A DNA stretch of 64,000 bases from a virus (IMGVR_UViG_3300033066_001787:3650-67649); one strand, 5' to 3'; counted from the stretch's first letter, positions 36,268-46,442 are shown. The notes: a model not told the origin generated them from the sequence alone. Made by a program: numbers and translations.

Positions 36268-36684
36268 ATGGCAAGAACTACCCCCGCGCATGTGATCGCT
36301 ATCCTCGGGAGCAACTATGACTCGTTGAACAATCCTGACATCTCCAAATTCGTCGACACAGCAAGCATCCTGGTTGACTTCATCGCGGACAATGATCCAG
36401 ATGATCTGATGACGGCGACGAATTTGGAGGTGGTGGAGAGGTGGCTCTCAGCTCACTTCTATGCCCACTCAGACCAGCTGTACCAGAGCAAGAATACAGG
36501 AGCCTCCAGTGGAAATTTCCAAGGCCAGACCGCAATGTGTTTCCAATCGACACAGTACGGGCAGACCGCGATGACCTTGGACTTCACTGGAGTTCTTGCT
36601 CGACGTAACCAAGAGGCACTGACAGGATACAAGAGGAAAGCCACGCTGACCTCTCTTGCCTACGACACAGGAGCGCAGACATAA
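36268..36684 (+). CDS. head-tail adaptor (DUF4054-like)
   Basis: ERWLSAHF, STQYGQ; synteny. Confidence 0.75.
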   Translation: MARTTPAHVIAILGSNYDSLNNPDISKFVDTASILVDFIADNDPDDLMTATNLEVVERWLSAHFYAHSDQLYQSKNTGASSGNFQGQTAMCFQSTQYGQTAMTLDFTGVLARRNQEALTGYKRKATLTSLAYDTGAQT

Positions 36685-37052
36685 TGCCTTCACCGGAAGT
36701 CGCCAGTCTCAAACAGAGAGCAGTGTTATGGACTCCCAACGGTGTGAACCGATTTGGTGAGAACACTCTTGCTGCTCCTGTTGAGATCAGATGCAGGTGG
36801 GAGGAGACCACGGGAGAGAGGATCGACCCTCAATCAGGTGCGATCAAGTCAACTGGCAGCATAAAAGTTGATCGTGTGATTCCAGTTGACAGCATCCTCT
36901 GGCTCGGAAAGCTAGTAGACGTGCCAAGCGACCCAAAGGATTTGAGACAGGTGATCTCGTTCAACCAGATCCCCGACATCAAAGGCAGGATATCAGAGAG
37001 GTCAGTGACCGTGATGAGACTTTCAACAGCACTTCCGACAGTGACAGGATAA
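36684..37052 (+). CDS. head closure/stopper protein
   Basis: Beta-rich, PVEI.CRWE; synteny. Confidence 0.65.
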   Translation: MPSPEVASLKQRAVLWTPNGVNRFGENTLAAPVEIRCRWEETTGERIDPQSGAIKSTGSIKVDRVIPVDSILWLGKLVDVPSDPKDLRQVISFNQIPDIKGRISERSVTVMRLSTALPTVTG

Positions 37053-37054
37053 TC

Positions 37055-37582
37055 ATGACCCTTGAAGAAGCTTTGAAACAAGCAGAATTCGCTAACCTCT
37101 CTGACCAAGAGGCAGTTGCTTTTGGTAACAATCCAGGGACTCCAGTGGAGAACCGAGAACTGCAGACTGTCGCAGCGATCGTGTTAGCGATTGGCAAAGA
37201 TGAGACAAGGCTAGTCCTTGGGACGATCAAAGCTGTCGCTGAGCAAGATCCTCTCGTTGATGCCTTCTACGTCAAGCTTTGCTCATATGGCGAAGACTGG
37301 GCCGATCCAGAGTGGCAGAAGAGCATCGACGATCTGGCGAAGATCGGCAATTGGTCAGAAGACACTGTCAATAAGCTCAAGGCGATGGGAATCGTCCCTC
37401 GCACGCTTTGGGAGGAATGGGGAGTCCCTGAGCCTACCTTGGAGCAGGTTGGAGAGGTGAGAACGAGAAACCTACACAAACAACAGACCACAGACTTCAT
37501 GGGACAGCTCAACGCAGTCATCGGTTCAGACGATCCAGATCCAGCACTGATCAAGAAGATGGTAGCAGAATGGACTCCTTGA
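37055..37582 (+). CDS. hypothetical protein
   Basis: Long ORF with RBS. Confidence 0.6.
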   Translation: MTLEEALKQAEFANLSDQEAVAFGNNPGTPVENRELQTVAAIVLAIGKDETRLVLGTIKAVAEQDPLVDAFYVKLCSYGEDWADPEWQKSIDDLAKIGNWSEDTVNKLKAMGIVPRTLWEEWGVPEPTLEQVGEVRTRNLHKQQTTDFMGQLNAVIGSDDPDPALIKKMVAEWTP

Positions 37583-37583
37583 C

Positions 37584-38171
37584 GTGGCAAATACAGGTCT
37601 TAAATATGCTTCCTCTGTCTCAGATGTCACTGGGGTTGGAACTCTTACTTGGTCCAATCCTAGCAATGCTGTTGGCAACAACACCAATGACGCTACAAGA
37701 GCGACAGTCACTGGTGCAGGGATCAACTTCTCCAGCCACTATCTTGTCGGCGTCATCAATTTCGGACTCACCGCGACAGACAATATCGACGGGATTGTGG
37801 CAGCTTTTCGACGGTTCAGCACAGACGACAACGGAGATGGTCCTTGTCAGGACTTCCACCTCAAGCTGTCAAAGAACGGGACGGTCAGTGGAAATGACAA
37901 AGTTGTATTGGGGGTTGGCTGGCCGGTTGGCACTGGTGGATGGTCAGTGGACATCGGAGGAGCGGCAGATACCTGGGGTCTCACTCTCGTTGGTTCAGAC
38001 ACGATCGGATTCGCAGTTGCCGGAGCGATGCAAGGGACTCACGATTCAGCCTACATCACAGCGTTCAGAGCGACAGCGTACTACACTTCAGCAAGCGGGC
38101 TGAAAGGTTACAAGACATTCACTGGTGGCAAGTTGACCATCTTCGGAATCAAGACTGGAGGACAACTCTAA
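37584..38171 (+). CDS. Gly/Thr-rich putative virion protein
   Basis: GTG start, MANTGLK; beta-rich. Confidence 0.6.
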   Translation: MANTGLKYASSVSDVTGVGTLTWSNPSNAVGNNTNDATRATVTGAGINFSSHYLVGVINFGLTATDNIDGIVAAFRRFSTDDNGDGPCQDFHLKLSKNGTVSGNDKVVLGVGWPVGTGGWSVDIGGAADTWGLTLVGSDTIGFAVAGAMQGTHDSAYITAFRATAYYTSASGLKGYKTFTGGKLTIFGIKTGGQL

Positions 38172-38172
38172 G

Positions 38173-40521
38173 ATGGCCAATACAGGATTCAAGGGTATCG
38201 ACGTACGACAGACAGGGACAGCGATTGTCTTCCGTGCTTCGTTGAAAGATTCCTCCAATGCGATCGTCACCTCGGGCACTACCAGCCTCAAGATCTACGA
38301 GCTTCAGTCTGATGGAACAATCAAGAGCTATGACTTCAATGACAACACGTTCAAGACGACAGCGTTGACGACCGAGACCCTGGCGATGACTCATCGTACA
38401 GGAAATAACTCAACGACCAACACCGGCATCTGGACAGTTGCTCTTTCTTCTCTCGCAGGATTCACCGTTGGCGGTATCTACATCGCAGTGATCACCAACT
38501 CAGGAGCGACTCCTACTCAGCAGGAACGAGAATTCCAGTATGGATCTTGCGAGGGAGATCTCTCGACTGGTACTCCATCGGCTGGCGTTGCTTACCTCAA
38601 CGCTCAGATCGCTGCTGGCACGTTCGATGCAGCCACTAGCATGAACGCTGCTACTCGATCTCTGCTCTACGGTTCATGGCTGATCTCGACCGGAACAACA
38701 TCCCCGACTACTGCCGGCACGTGGAACATCGGTGGAACGCTGTTCAATGGCCGACCTTACTACACCAGTGGTTCGTTTTTCTTGTGGTATGACTCCTCCA
38801 ACACTCGCTACGTGATCTCCACAGCGATGGGGTCATTGGGAACGAACTACTGGACTTCAACAGGCAACACTCCAGGCGAGCTTGGTCCTTGGGTCGCTGG
38901 AGGTAGCGCAACTGGTACTCCTGCCTTTGTCGCTGTCGGTGTTCCTCTGTCTGCTTACTGGTCCTATGAGAATATTGACTCTTCTGGACGATTGTTGCTC
39001 CAACCTACGCAGACAGGAGTCACTATCCCGACTGTGACGACGCTGACCACTCTGCCGGCCATCACGACGGACTGGTTGACCGGAACAGGTGTTGCTGCTT
39101 CTGCTGTGACTAAAATTCAAGCAGGACTCGCTACCCCAACGAACATCACTGCAGGAACAATTACGACAGTTACAAATCTTACCAATCTTCCAGCGATCAC
39201 AACTGACTGGATCACTGCTGCCGGATTGTCCGCTGCCGCTGTCACGAAGATGCAGACTGGCCTGGCGACTCCTACCAATATCACCGCAGGAACGATCACG
39301 ACGGTGACGAACTTGACCAACGCTCCTACCTCAGGTGACTTCACGGCAACGATGAAGACGAGTCTCAACAGTGCGACTCCAGCAGTCACTGTGAGCGACA
39401 AGACAGGATTTGCTCTGACGGCTGCCTATGACGCCGCCAAGACAGCTGCTCAAGCAGGCAATCAGATGGATCTCGTCAACTCTCCCAACGCGACAGCGGT
39501 TGCAGCTATCCAGAGCGGTCTATCTACGGCAGCGGTCACGAACGCGATCAAGGTCGCTACAGACCACTTGCCTATCGATCCAGCTTCTCAGACGACTCTT
39601 GACGCGGTTGGAACACTGACGCTAGGTATCAAGGCGAGAACGGATCTGATTCCTAACAGTCCAGCGTCCACGACTAACATCACCGCTGGAACGATCACCA
39701 ATCTCACGAATGCCCCGACCAGTGGAGATTTCACTGCTGCGATGAAGACGAGCTTGAACGCTGCTACTCCAGCAAGCGTGCAGAACATTCACGCTCAGAC
39801 AGCTGACATCGCTGAACGTATACCGTCTGCCCTCGTCATGACCGCTGGCAAGGTCTGGGTGCTTGATCAAGACGGAAATCCGATTGCCTCTAGCCTTGAT
39901 ATACCCACTGCCGTTGAGAACGCTGCAGAGGTCTGGGGAGGAACTCAAGGCACGACAGTGATCGGACTGATCCAGAATACCCACGACGATGTTCAGACCC
40001 TACAGTCAACGGTAGACTTGCTGCCAGACGCCAACGTGATCGCTGGAACCACGGCAGATCTGCTATTTGTCGACGGAGGCACTAACCCTCTCAAGGTCAA
40101 CTCCGATCACAGCGTCAACTCGACGATCGACAGCTCTGGCATCGCAGCTGATGTCTTGGCAGGACTGAGCGGCACTACGCTGACAGTTCAGAGTCCTTTG
40201 AACGAGGAAGGAGATCAGCTTGAGCTGACGACAGGAGACTCTTACACAGTCGCCAAGGGCACCTCGCTCAAGTTCAACGTCAACAATCCAGCGGTGGTCG
40301 GCACGGTAGCTCACTTGAGGATCGCAGACTACGAGGATGATCTGGCGGTCTCTCCAACCATCTCTGCTTCTCCTCAGGAAGTGACTTTTGGAGACATCAC
40401 TACCACAGATACATTGGCTCTTGAGCCTTGTGACAACGTGAAGTACCAGATCCGATTTGTACAGGGTTCAGACACGATCACCATGATCGAAGGCATCGCC
40501 AAGATCAAGAAAGGATTGTGA
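38173..40521 (+). CDS. Thr-rich repeat-containing putative virion fibre/appendage protein
   Basis: 782 aa, MANTGFK start, internal 45-aa repeats. Confidence 0.7.
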   Translation: MANTGFKGIDVRQTGTAIVFRASLKDSSNAIVTSGTTSLKIYELQSDGTIKSYDFNDNTFKTTALTTETLAMTHRTGNNSTTNTGIWTVALSSLAGFTVGGIYIAVITNSGATPTQQEREFQYGSCEGDLSTGTPSAGVAYLNAQIAAGTFDAATSMNAATRSLLYGSWLISTGTTSPTTAGTWNIGGTLFNGRPYYTSGSFFLWYDSSNTRYVISTAMGSLGTNYWTSTGNTPGELGPWVAGGSATGTPAFVAVGVPLSAYWSYENIDSSGRLLLQPTQTGVTIPTVTTLTTLPAITTDWLTGTGVAASAVTKIQAGLATPTNITAGTITTVTNLTNLPAITTDWITAAGLSAAAVTKMQTGLATPTNITAGTITTVTNLTNAPTSGDFTATMKTSLNSATPAVTVSDKTGFALTAAYDAAKTAAQAGNQMDLVNSPNATAVAAIQSGLSTAAVTNAIKVATDHLPIDPASQTTLDAVGTLTLGIKARTDLIPNSPASTTNITAGTITNLTNAPTSGDFTAAMKTSLNAATPASVQNIHAQTADIAERIPSALVMTAGKVWVLDQDGNPIASSLDIPTAVENAAEVWGGTQGTTVIGLIQNTHDDVQTLQSTVDLLPDANVIAGTTADLLFVDGGTNPLKVNSDHSVNSTIDSSGIAADVLAGLSGTTLTVQSPLNEEGDQLELTTGDSYTVAKGTSLKFNVNNPAVVGTVAHLRIADYEDDLAVSPTISASPQEVTFGDITTTDTLALEPCDNVKYQIRFVQGSDTITMIEGIAKIKKGL
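39052..39775 (+). repeat. in-frame 135-nt (45-aa) tandem repeat plus partial third copy
   Basis: LPAITTDW at 39052 and 39187; TNITAGTIT..NLTNAPTSGDFTA.MKTSLN.ATPA occurs twice. Confidence 0.85.
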
Positions 40522-40898
40522 TGAAGAACAACGTACAAGTCGTCATCAAGAACAAAAACGGGTTCTTCAACTCGATCAAGAACCACGTCAAGAGCTTCCT
40601 CGGATTCAAGCCAGATCCAGCGGTCATCGTTGGATACACGGCTCAATATGCGATCTACGTTCATGAGAACCTTGAGGCAAATCACCCAAATGGAGGACAA
40701 GCCAAATACTTGGAACAGCCAGCGAGAGAGATGCAAGCTGAGCTGGCGCAGATCGTCAAGGATAGGCTGAACAGGGGACAGACACTGGAGCAAGCACTGT
40801 ACGTTGCTGGACTCAAGCTGCAGGGAGAGAGCCAGAAGCTTGTCCCTGTAGACACCGGCAACCTGAGAGCGAGTGCGTTTACAAGGATCAAAGAATGA
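40521..40898 (+). CDS. HK97 gp10-like neck protein, motif order permuted
   Basis: VGYTAQYAIYVHE...GQAKYLE precedes VPVDTGNLRASA. Confidence 0.75.
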   Translation: MKNNVQVVIKNKNGFFNSIKNHVKSFLGFKPDPAVIVGYTAQYAIYVHENLEANHPNGGQAKYLEQPAREMQAELAQIVKDRLNRGQTLEQALYVAGLKLQGESQKLVPVDTGNLRASAFTRIKE

Positions 40899-41248
40899 GC
40901 CAAGAACTCAAAGCGATGGCGACAGAGGTGGCAGAAGACTTACACAAGACCGGAATACTCACCGAGATTCTGATTGGCGCAGAGTTGATCTACTACATCT
41001 ACAAACTGTTCACGATGTGCTATCCAAGTCAAGAATCGGCCAAGAGCTATTTGCGGGGAGAGTATGACGGAGAGAACTTCTCCAAGAGGGTCATGAGACC
41101 TGCCGTCAGACAGACCATGAAGGCGGCAAGACACAAGAGAGTCGAATTGACCGATGAGCAGATCGAAGCAGTGGCGAAAGCCAGTTTACTGAAAGCAATG
41201 AACGCTGATGACAACGTAGTCGCAGCGTGTTACTCGTCAGCGGAATAA
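40895..41248 (+). CDS. hypothetical protein
   Basis: Tiled ORF. Confidence 0.55.
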   Translation: MSQELKAMATEVAEDLHKTGILTEILIGAELIYYIYKLFTMCYPSQESAKSYLRGEYDGENFSKRVMRPAVRQTMKAARHKRVELTDEQIEAVAKASLLKAMNADDNVVAACYSSAE

Positions 41249-41259
41249 GGGAGCTTGTC

Positions 41260-41481
41260 ATGAATTTCAATTTCGACGCAGCACTGAAGTTGGTGGACAC
41301 GTTTGGAACTCTGTTTGGGAGCAAGGGTGTTCTCGCCCTGAACTTGATCCACAAGATCATCCACGCTGGAAAAGACCTGCCAAAACCTTTCGACAAGTTC
41401 AACCCATTTCTCCAAGAAGTGGATGCGGTGCTTGAGCTTTTTATCGAAATGGACAAGATGGAGCTTCCCCCAGCAGAGTAA
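41260..41481 (+). CDS. hypothetical protein
   Basis: GGGAG RBS. Confidence 0.5.
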   Translation: MNFNFDAALKLVDTFGTLFGSKGVLALNLIHKIIHAGKDLPKPFDKFNPFLQEVDAVLELFIEMDKMELPPAE

Positions 41482-41510
41482 TCGAGCTGGTCAAACGTGA
41501 TCTGAAACTA

Positions 41511-41900
41511 ATGGAGCAGCAAATGCAACAAGACATCAAATTTCGAGACGTAGTGAACTGGTCCAAGCTCGGGGTAGTGGGAGGGATCTTACTGGCCTGT
41601 GCTGGATTCTACTTGTTCTACTGGACAACCGTCATGATCCTCACCAAACAGGCTCTTGACAATCCAGCGAACTGGAACCAAGGATATGCAGGACTGGGAG
41701 CAGCGATCGTTGGAGCACTGATTGCCCTGGTCGTGGGATGGAGATCAACGACTGGTCAAGCTGCCGTGGTGCTCAAGGCTGAACCACCGGTGCCTTCTTC
41801 TCAGGAAGAGACTGTGGACGTGCTGATACAAAAGATGCGTCATCGTATGTACGCTGATGCAGCTGAGAATCTTCTCAAGACAGCAGGAGGGACACGATGA
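41511..41900 (+). CDS. two-TM membrane protein
   Basis: Two hydrophobic helices. Confidence 0.6.
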   Translation: MEQQMQQDIKFRDVVNWSKLGVVGGILLACAGFYLFYWTTVMILTKQALDNPANWNQGYAGLGAAIVGALIALVVGWRSTTGQAAVVLKAEPPVPSSQEETVDVLIQKMRHRMYADAAENLLKTAGGTR

Positions 41901-42274
41901 AGAACCAACGATGCTCCACGTTGTTGTTACTTCTCGGATGGGTATTGATGGTATGCGGTTGCTTACAGCAGCAACAGACCTCCCCTGTCCCTCCTGCTCT
42001 TGATACCTCTTTGAGCTCTGTCATTCGACAGGCTCTAGACGAGGATCGAGAAGCTCATGTTGCTCTGGCCAACCAAGTTGCTCTCACGAACAATGAGGCA
42101 GACCAGAGAAAGCTTTGGGTAGAGAATCACGACAAGATCTCGACAAAGTCAGCGACGATCATCATGCAAGAGATCCACAAGAATATCTACGAGGAGGACG
42201 GCAAGACTCTTCGAAACAGTGCAGAACTGTCTGATGTATGGAAGGAGGTAGCAAAAGGCTATGGCACTCGATAA
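41897..42274 (+). CDS. predicted lipoprotein
   Basis: Basic N-terminus, hydrophobic core, VCGC lipobox-like. Confidence 0.6.
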   Translation: MKNQRCSTLLLLLGWVLMVCGCLQQQQTSPVPPALDTSLSSVIRQALDEDREAHVALANQVALTNNEADQRKLWVENHDKISTKSATIIMQEIHKNIYEEDGKTLRNSAELSDVWKEVAKGYGTR

Positions 42275-43220
42275 CAACCTTGGCTGGTTGCCCGACCTAG
42301 AGAAGATGCACGATGAGGCGATGTTGGCGATGACCCTCGCTGACGGAGCTTTGCCTTGCTCGACTCCTCCTGCCTTTGCTATTCCTGCAACTCTTGACCC
42401 TGACTGGTTCATCCAGGCAGTTCAAGGGGTATGGCCGTTCTGTCACGCGTTCATGAGATGCGGCATCTTCCGAGTGTTGTACTGGTTGACCACCAAGGGT
42501 CAGCAGATCGACGTGAGTGAGTACTACGCCGCAATCACTGATATGATGATGGACGGAGATGCAAGTCAGGCGTCAGGGGCCAGCATCGCCGGATCTCTCC
42601 GAGCTTCGATAAAGTACGGTGAAGCAGGCGAGAAGACGCTGCCCTATCCAAACAGCAACGTTCCAAGCAACATGAGTATTGACGCGTTCTACCGAAAGAA
42701 CTACTCAAGCAAGTTGCCAACCGTCGCTGTTGAAGACGCCAAACAACGTCACATCAAGAGTATTGTTCCAAACATCCGAACGTACAAAGACCTTGACAAT
42801 GCTCTTGTCAGTGGTCGCACTGCGGTTGGATTCGGCATGGACTGGTACACCGGATGGGACCAGCTCAAGGACATTGACACTCTCAACTATGTCCCTTCAG
42901 GACGGTTCAGAGGTGGTCATGCTCTGATGTTCTTTGGTTGGAGAACGATCAACGGTGTTCGCTATCCTCTGATGCACAACAGCCACGAGGGCTGGGGCAA
43001 GAGGCGACGGATCGCGATTCACCCGAACGTTGTCCAGACGATCCTCCAAAACAGCAAGTATGGTGCTCTGGCCGTGACCAACATCGACGTCGCCGAGAAG
43101 GAAGTCAAGGCTCAACCTTGGGACTGGCTCAATGACATCGCCAACTTCAAGGCCAAGCCAATTGACCCGTTCAATCCATCAGACAGAAAGGAGTTCAACG
43201 ATGAAGAACAACAAGCTTGA
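42261..43220 (+). CDS. papain-like (C1) cysteine peptidase
   Basis: QGVWPFC (Gln at Cys-6), GGHAL, HNSHEGWG. Confidence 0.8.
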   Translation: MALDNNLGWLPDLEKMHDEAMLAMTLADGALPCSTPPAFAIPATLDPDWFIQAVQGVWPFCHAFMRCGIFRVLYWLTTKGQQIDVSEYYAAITDMMMDGDASQASGASIAGSLRASIKYGEAGEKTLPYPNSNVPSNMSIDAFYRKNYSSKLPTVAVEDAKQRHIKSIVPNIRTYKDLDNALVSGRTAVGFGMDWYTGWDQLKDIDTLNYVPSGRFRGGHALMFFGWRTINGVRYPLMHNSHEGWGKRRRIAIHPNVVQTILQNSKYGALAVTNIDVAEKEVKAQPWDWLNDIANFKAKPIDPFNPSDRKEFNDEEQQA

Positions 43221-44325
43221 TCTGCTGCTCCTGCTCCCTCTGTTGCTGATCGTGGGCTGTCTTCAACCAACTGCTTCTCCTCAGAAAAAGGCTCAGCCAG
43301 CTCCTGTCAAGAAGCAGGTGACTCCTACTCCGATCCAGGCGAAAGCTGATCAAGAGTCCACCATCGTCATCTCCGCAGAGGCGAGCGACGGCAAGAACGT
43401 TGTTGAGAGTCTTTTCCGGTACCTGGGAGCGACGAACACGGCGACGTTGAAGGAAGAGCTCAAGATCGTTCAGCCAGACATGACGATCACGATTCCTCCT
43501 GGGGCTTCCATCTGCTGGAATCTGACAGAGTCTGGCGGGATCATCACTTTCTTGAAGCCATTTCCGATCATCGCGGTCAAGAAATGGGGGATGACCTTTC
43601 ATCCTACCCTCCAACGGATCGTCTTGATGGCTCCAGACAAAGGTACGGCGGAAGTCCTTGAGCTCGGGAAGACGGTCAAGAAGAACTTCGTGCTTCAGTG
43701 GGAGGACGAAGATGATCGTCCGTCGGCTCCGAAATTCATTCCTAGAACCCCTCAAGAACCTCTAGAGAGGAAATTACCATTCGAGAGATCCGATGGTCAG
43801 AGAGATCAACCTAGGAGTTCGAGTGAGGTTCCTGGAGCCTCTCCTGAGAAGAAAACCCTCGTCCATGGCTATACGAACAGCCCTGAGGAACGATCTAAGC
43901 TTGAGAAAGAAATCGAGAAGCTGAATCCACCGTTTGACATCCTTTGGTTCTCCTCTGGAGAGCTTCCCAAGAGAGGCAAGATCCATCCTTGTTTTGTCTG
44001 GCCTAGCAAGGGTTCGACTGAACCGAAAGGAGATGATTCTGACTGGCTGTTAGAAGGCTGGAATGGCCCTAGATTCCTGATTGAGGAGTTTGACAGGACC
44101 AGGAAGTTGAGCAAGGTCTCCACAAAACAAAAGACAGCAGCGACCCCAAGATGCCGGATTGGATTCGGCAGTTCCTGGGTTGAGTCTCGTCTTGGATATA
44201 CGACTGTGAGGCACCTCGTTGAAGACCATGGGCTCTCCTATCTTGCTGTGAAACCTTACGAGCACGACAGAGAAGCTCTCAACCGCATCCATGGATGGTG
44301 CCACATGAGGAGTGTGAACTTGTGA
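43201..44325 (+). CDS. predicted lipoprotein
   Basis: MKNNK-LLLLLPLLLIVGC lipobox; His-rich C-terminal motif. Confidence 0.65.
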   Translation: MKNNKLDLLLLLPLLLIVGCLQPTASPQKKAQPAPVKKQVTPTPIQAKADQESTIVISAEASDGKNVVESLFRYLGATNTATLKEELKIVQPDMTITIPPGASICWNLTESGGIITFLKPFPIIAVKKWGMTFHPTLQRIVLMAPDKGTAEVLELGKTVKKNFVLQWEDEDDRPSAPKFIPRTPQEPLERKLPFERSDGQRDQPRSSSEVPGASPEKKTLVHGYTNSPEERSKLEKEIEKLNPPFDILWFSSGELPKRGKIHPCFVWPSKGSTEPKGDDSDWLLEGWNGPRFLIEEFDRTRKLSKVSTKQKTAATPRCRIGFGSSWVESRLGYTTVRHLVEDHGLSYLAVKPYEHDREALNRIHGWCHMRSVNL

Positions 44326-44360
44326 GACTACACAATGTAAAAACTGCAACAGGGGACGTG

Positions 44361-44909
44361 ATGGAAATTCCGATGGACTCGATTGTGCAATGGTTGATGA
44401 CCTTTCACAACAAGTACCCAGTCGTGGGCATTTTGTTTCTGATGATTCTGCTAGATGTCGCAATCGGACTCTGTGCAGCGATCATCACCAAGACCGTCAG
44501 CTCAACAGTGAGTCAGCATGGGATGATCAGGAAGGTCATCAACTTGCTTCTCATCGGGGTAGGGGCGGTGCTTGAGCCTTATGCTGGCGGTATCCCTCTG
44601 TCGAAAATGATCGCAATGGCTTTCATCGTCACAGAGGCAATCTCAATCACCGAGAACGCTGCCAGGGCTGGAGTGCCAGTACCAAAACCGCTGCTTGACG
44701 TATTACAGAAGCTAAGAGGAAGCGACAAGGATGAACCAAAACCTCCAGCACAACCAGTGATCCAGGTCAACAGGGCTTCAACGATCACCGTGAACAATCA
44801 AGATGATCACTCGACAACGCACCTTAAAAAGTCTGACGTGCCTCATGTTGTGGCCGTGAAAAAACAGACCGATCCGACTGCCTCAGATATGTGGGAGAAT
44901 CCGAAATGA
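44361..44909 (+). CDS. holin (toxin secretion/phage lysis holin family)
   Basis: D...G..AA......SS.....G..RK, E.ISI.EN....GVPVP..L. Confidence 0.85.
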   Translation: MEIPMDSIVQWLMTFHNKYPVVGILFLMILLDVAIGLCAAIITKTVSSTVSQHGMIRKVINLLLIGVGAVLEPYAGGIPLSKMIAMAFIVTEAISITENAARAGVPVPKPLLDVLQKLRGSDKDEPKPPAQPVIQVNRASTITVNNQDDHSTTHLKKSDVPHVVAVKKQTDPTASDMWENPK

Positions 44910-45148
44910 AGTATGCTTTGCTGTCTCTGTTTTTGTTTTGCTTTGCTGGAACTGTTGAGGCAGGTCATCGCCGACATACCCATCACAGCCGTGTGACGGT
45001 TGTTCGGCGGGTTGCCCCTGCTCCTCAAGCTCGTGTCTACGTCTCGGTTGCTCCCCGAGCGACTCAAGGACCATCGACACAGAGCTATTCGACACGTACC
45101 TACTACCGAGTTCAGACGAACTGTCCAGGAGGGATCTGCCCCCGCTGA
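44906..45148 (+). CDS. small secreted protein
   Basis: Signal peptide ending VEA; C-terminal NCPGGICPR. Confidence 0.65.
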   Translation: MKYALLSLFLFCFAGTVEAGHRRHTHHSRVTVVRRVAPAPQARVYVSVAPRATQGPSTQSYSTRTYYRVQTNCPGGICPR

Positions 45149-45192
45149 AAGGATGAAGCATGTCTCTTTTGCAAACAGAGAGGTGGTGATCC

Positions 45193-45480
45193 TTGAATCT
45201 CGTTGAATTCCTCAGGTTTGCTCTCTGGGGACCGCAAATCAGTAAACACACTATCAGGAGAATGATTATGGATGAAGTGAACAAGCTTGCAAATGAGATC
45301 CGAGACGAGTTTGCCTCTTACAAGTCAGACGTGGAAGCCAAGATCGGTGGATTGACCGACACGGTTGCCTCGCTGCAGGCGCAGATCGACTCGTTGCCCC
45401 CTTCCGTTGACACGACTCAGCTCCAGGCTGATCTGGATGCTATCAAGGCTGCTCATGCTGCTTTGAATCCCCAAAGCTGA
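45193..45480 (+). CDS. small coiled-coil protein
   Basis: Heptads LTDTVASLQAQIDSL. Confidence 0.55.
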   Translation: MNLVEFLRFALWGPQISKHTIRRMIMDEVNKLANEIRDEFASYKSDVEAKIGGLTDTVASLQAQIDSLPPSVDTTQLQADLDAIKAAHAALNPQS

Positions 45481-45485
45481 GGTGA

Positions 45486-45950
45486 ATGATGCGATTGACG
45501 AATGCCCCTGCCGATGTCCTAGCTCAAGCGTTGATTGACGCCGGTGGGGGTTCGTCTCCAGGAGGGAGCTGGCCGATATTCGTGTGGCAAGAAGTGGACT
45601 CTCCAGACAACTGCATCACCTTGTATGACACAGTGGGAACTGTTCAAGGTCGGATTCAGTCGGGAGGGGAGGTCATCGAACACCCAGGAGTTCAAATCAA
45701 GGTCAGGTCATCCTCCTCAGCACTGGCAAACGAAAAGATCAGACATTTGCAATACATCGTGGATGAGGTGATCCGTCAGACGATCGTTCACGTCAGCGAT
45801 CCAGTCGGGACGGGAACAGAGGTCAGCAGCTATCTCATCCATGCTGTCAGCCGATCAGGAACGATTCTGAGCCTTGGCAAGGAAGTCTCGGCAACCAAGA
45901 GGACGATCTTCACGCTCAATGTTACTATCTCCCTCACTCAATTAAGTTAA
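45486..45950 (+). CDS. tail terminator (minor capsid protein 3-like)
   Basis: PDNCITLYDT.G...GR, HPGVQI.VR; precedes tail tube gene. Confidence 0.75.
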   Translation: MMRLTNAPADVLAQALIDAGGGSSPGGSWPIFVWQEVDSPDNCITLYDTVGTVQGRIQSGGEVIEHPGVQIKVRSSSSALANEKIRHLQYIVDEVIRQTIVHVSDPVGTGTEVSSYLIHAVSRSGTILSLGKEVSATKRTIFTLNVTISLTQLS

Positions 45951-45961
45951 AGGAAACAAGA

Positions 45962-46441
45962 ATGGGGACTCCTACTGTAACCGCTTTGGGAACTCCTAGC
46001 GGCAAGATGTTGAGAGACGGTTATTCTACAAGAATTGCCTTCTCTCTCAACGCCACGATCGAACTCTGGATCAAGACGGTCAAACCTCCTTCAATGGAAG
46101 GGGGAGACCCAGTTGACCAGACGACGATGCATAATGCGACGTTCAAGACCAAGATTCCCCAATCGTTGATCGATGTTGGTGAGAGCACCTTCAAATGTGC
46201 TTACGATCCGAATGCCTACAGCTCGATCCAGTCTCTGATCAACGCGAAGACAGGCTGTGTCACGTTCCAGTTCGCCGATGGATCGACTGTCAGCGTGTTT
46301 GGGTACTTGAAGACGTTTGACCCTGCTGAAATCGCCCAAGGTCAACAACCTGAGGCGACATGTACGATCGTCACCACGAACATTGACCCATCTGATTGGA
46401 GTGAAGCTGCTCCTCATATTGTCTCTGTCTCTGGTACCTGA
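45962..46441 (+). CDS. major tail tube protein
   Basis: KPP..EGGDP.D.T, K.P..L.D.GE..F...YDP. Confidence 0.8.
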   Translation: MGTPTVTALGTPSGKMLRDGYSTRIAFSLNATIELWIKTVKPPSMEGGDPVDQTTMHNATFKTKIPQSLIDVGESTFKCAYDPNAYSSIQSLINAKTGCVTFQFADGSTVSVFGYLKTFDPAEIAQGQQPEATCTIVTTNIDPSDWSEAAPHIVSVSGT

Positions 46442-46442
46442 T

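Noticed and set aside
39052-39775. Tandem repeats as a CRISPR array or DGR template
   Set aside because: In-frame, synonymously diverged protein repeats; no spacers, cas or reverse transcriptase genes
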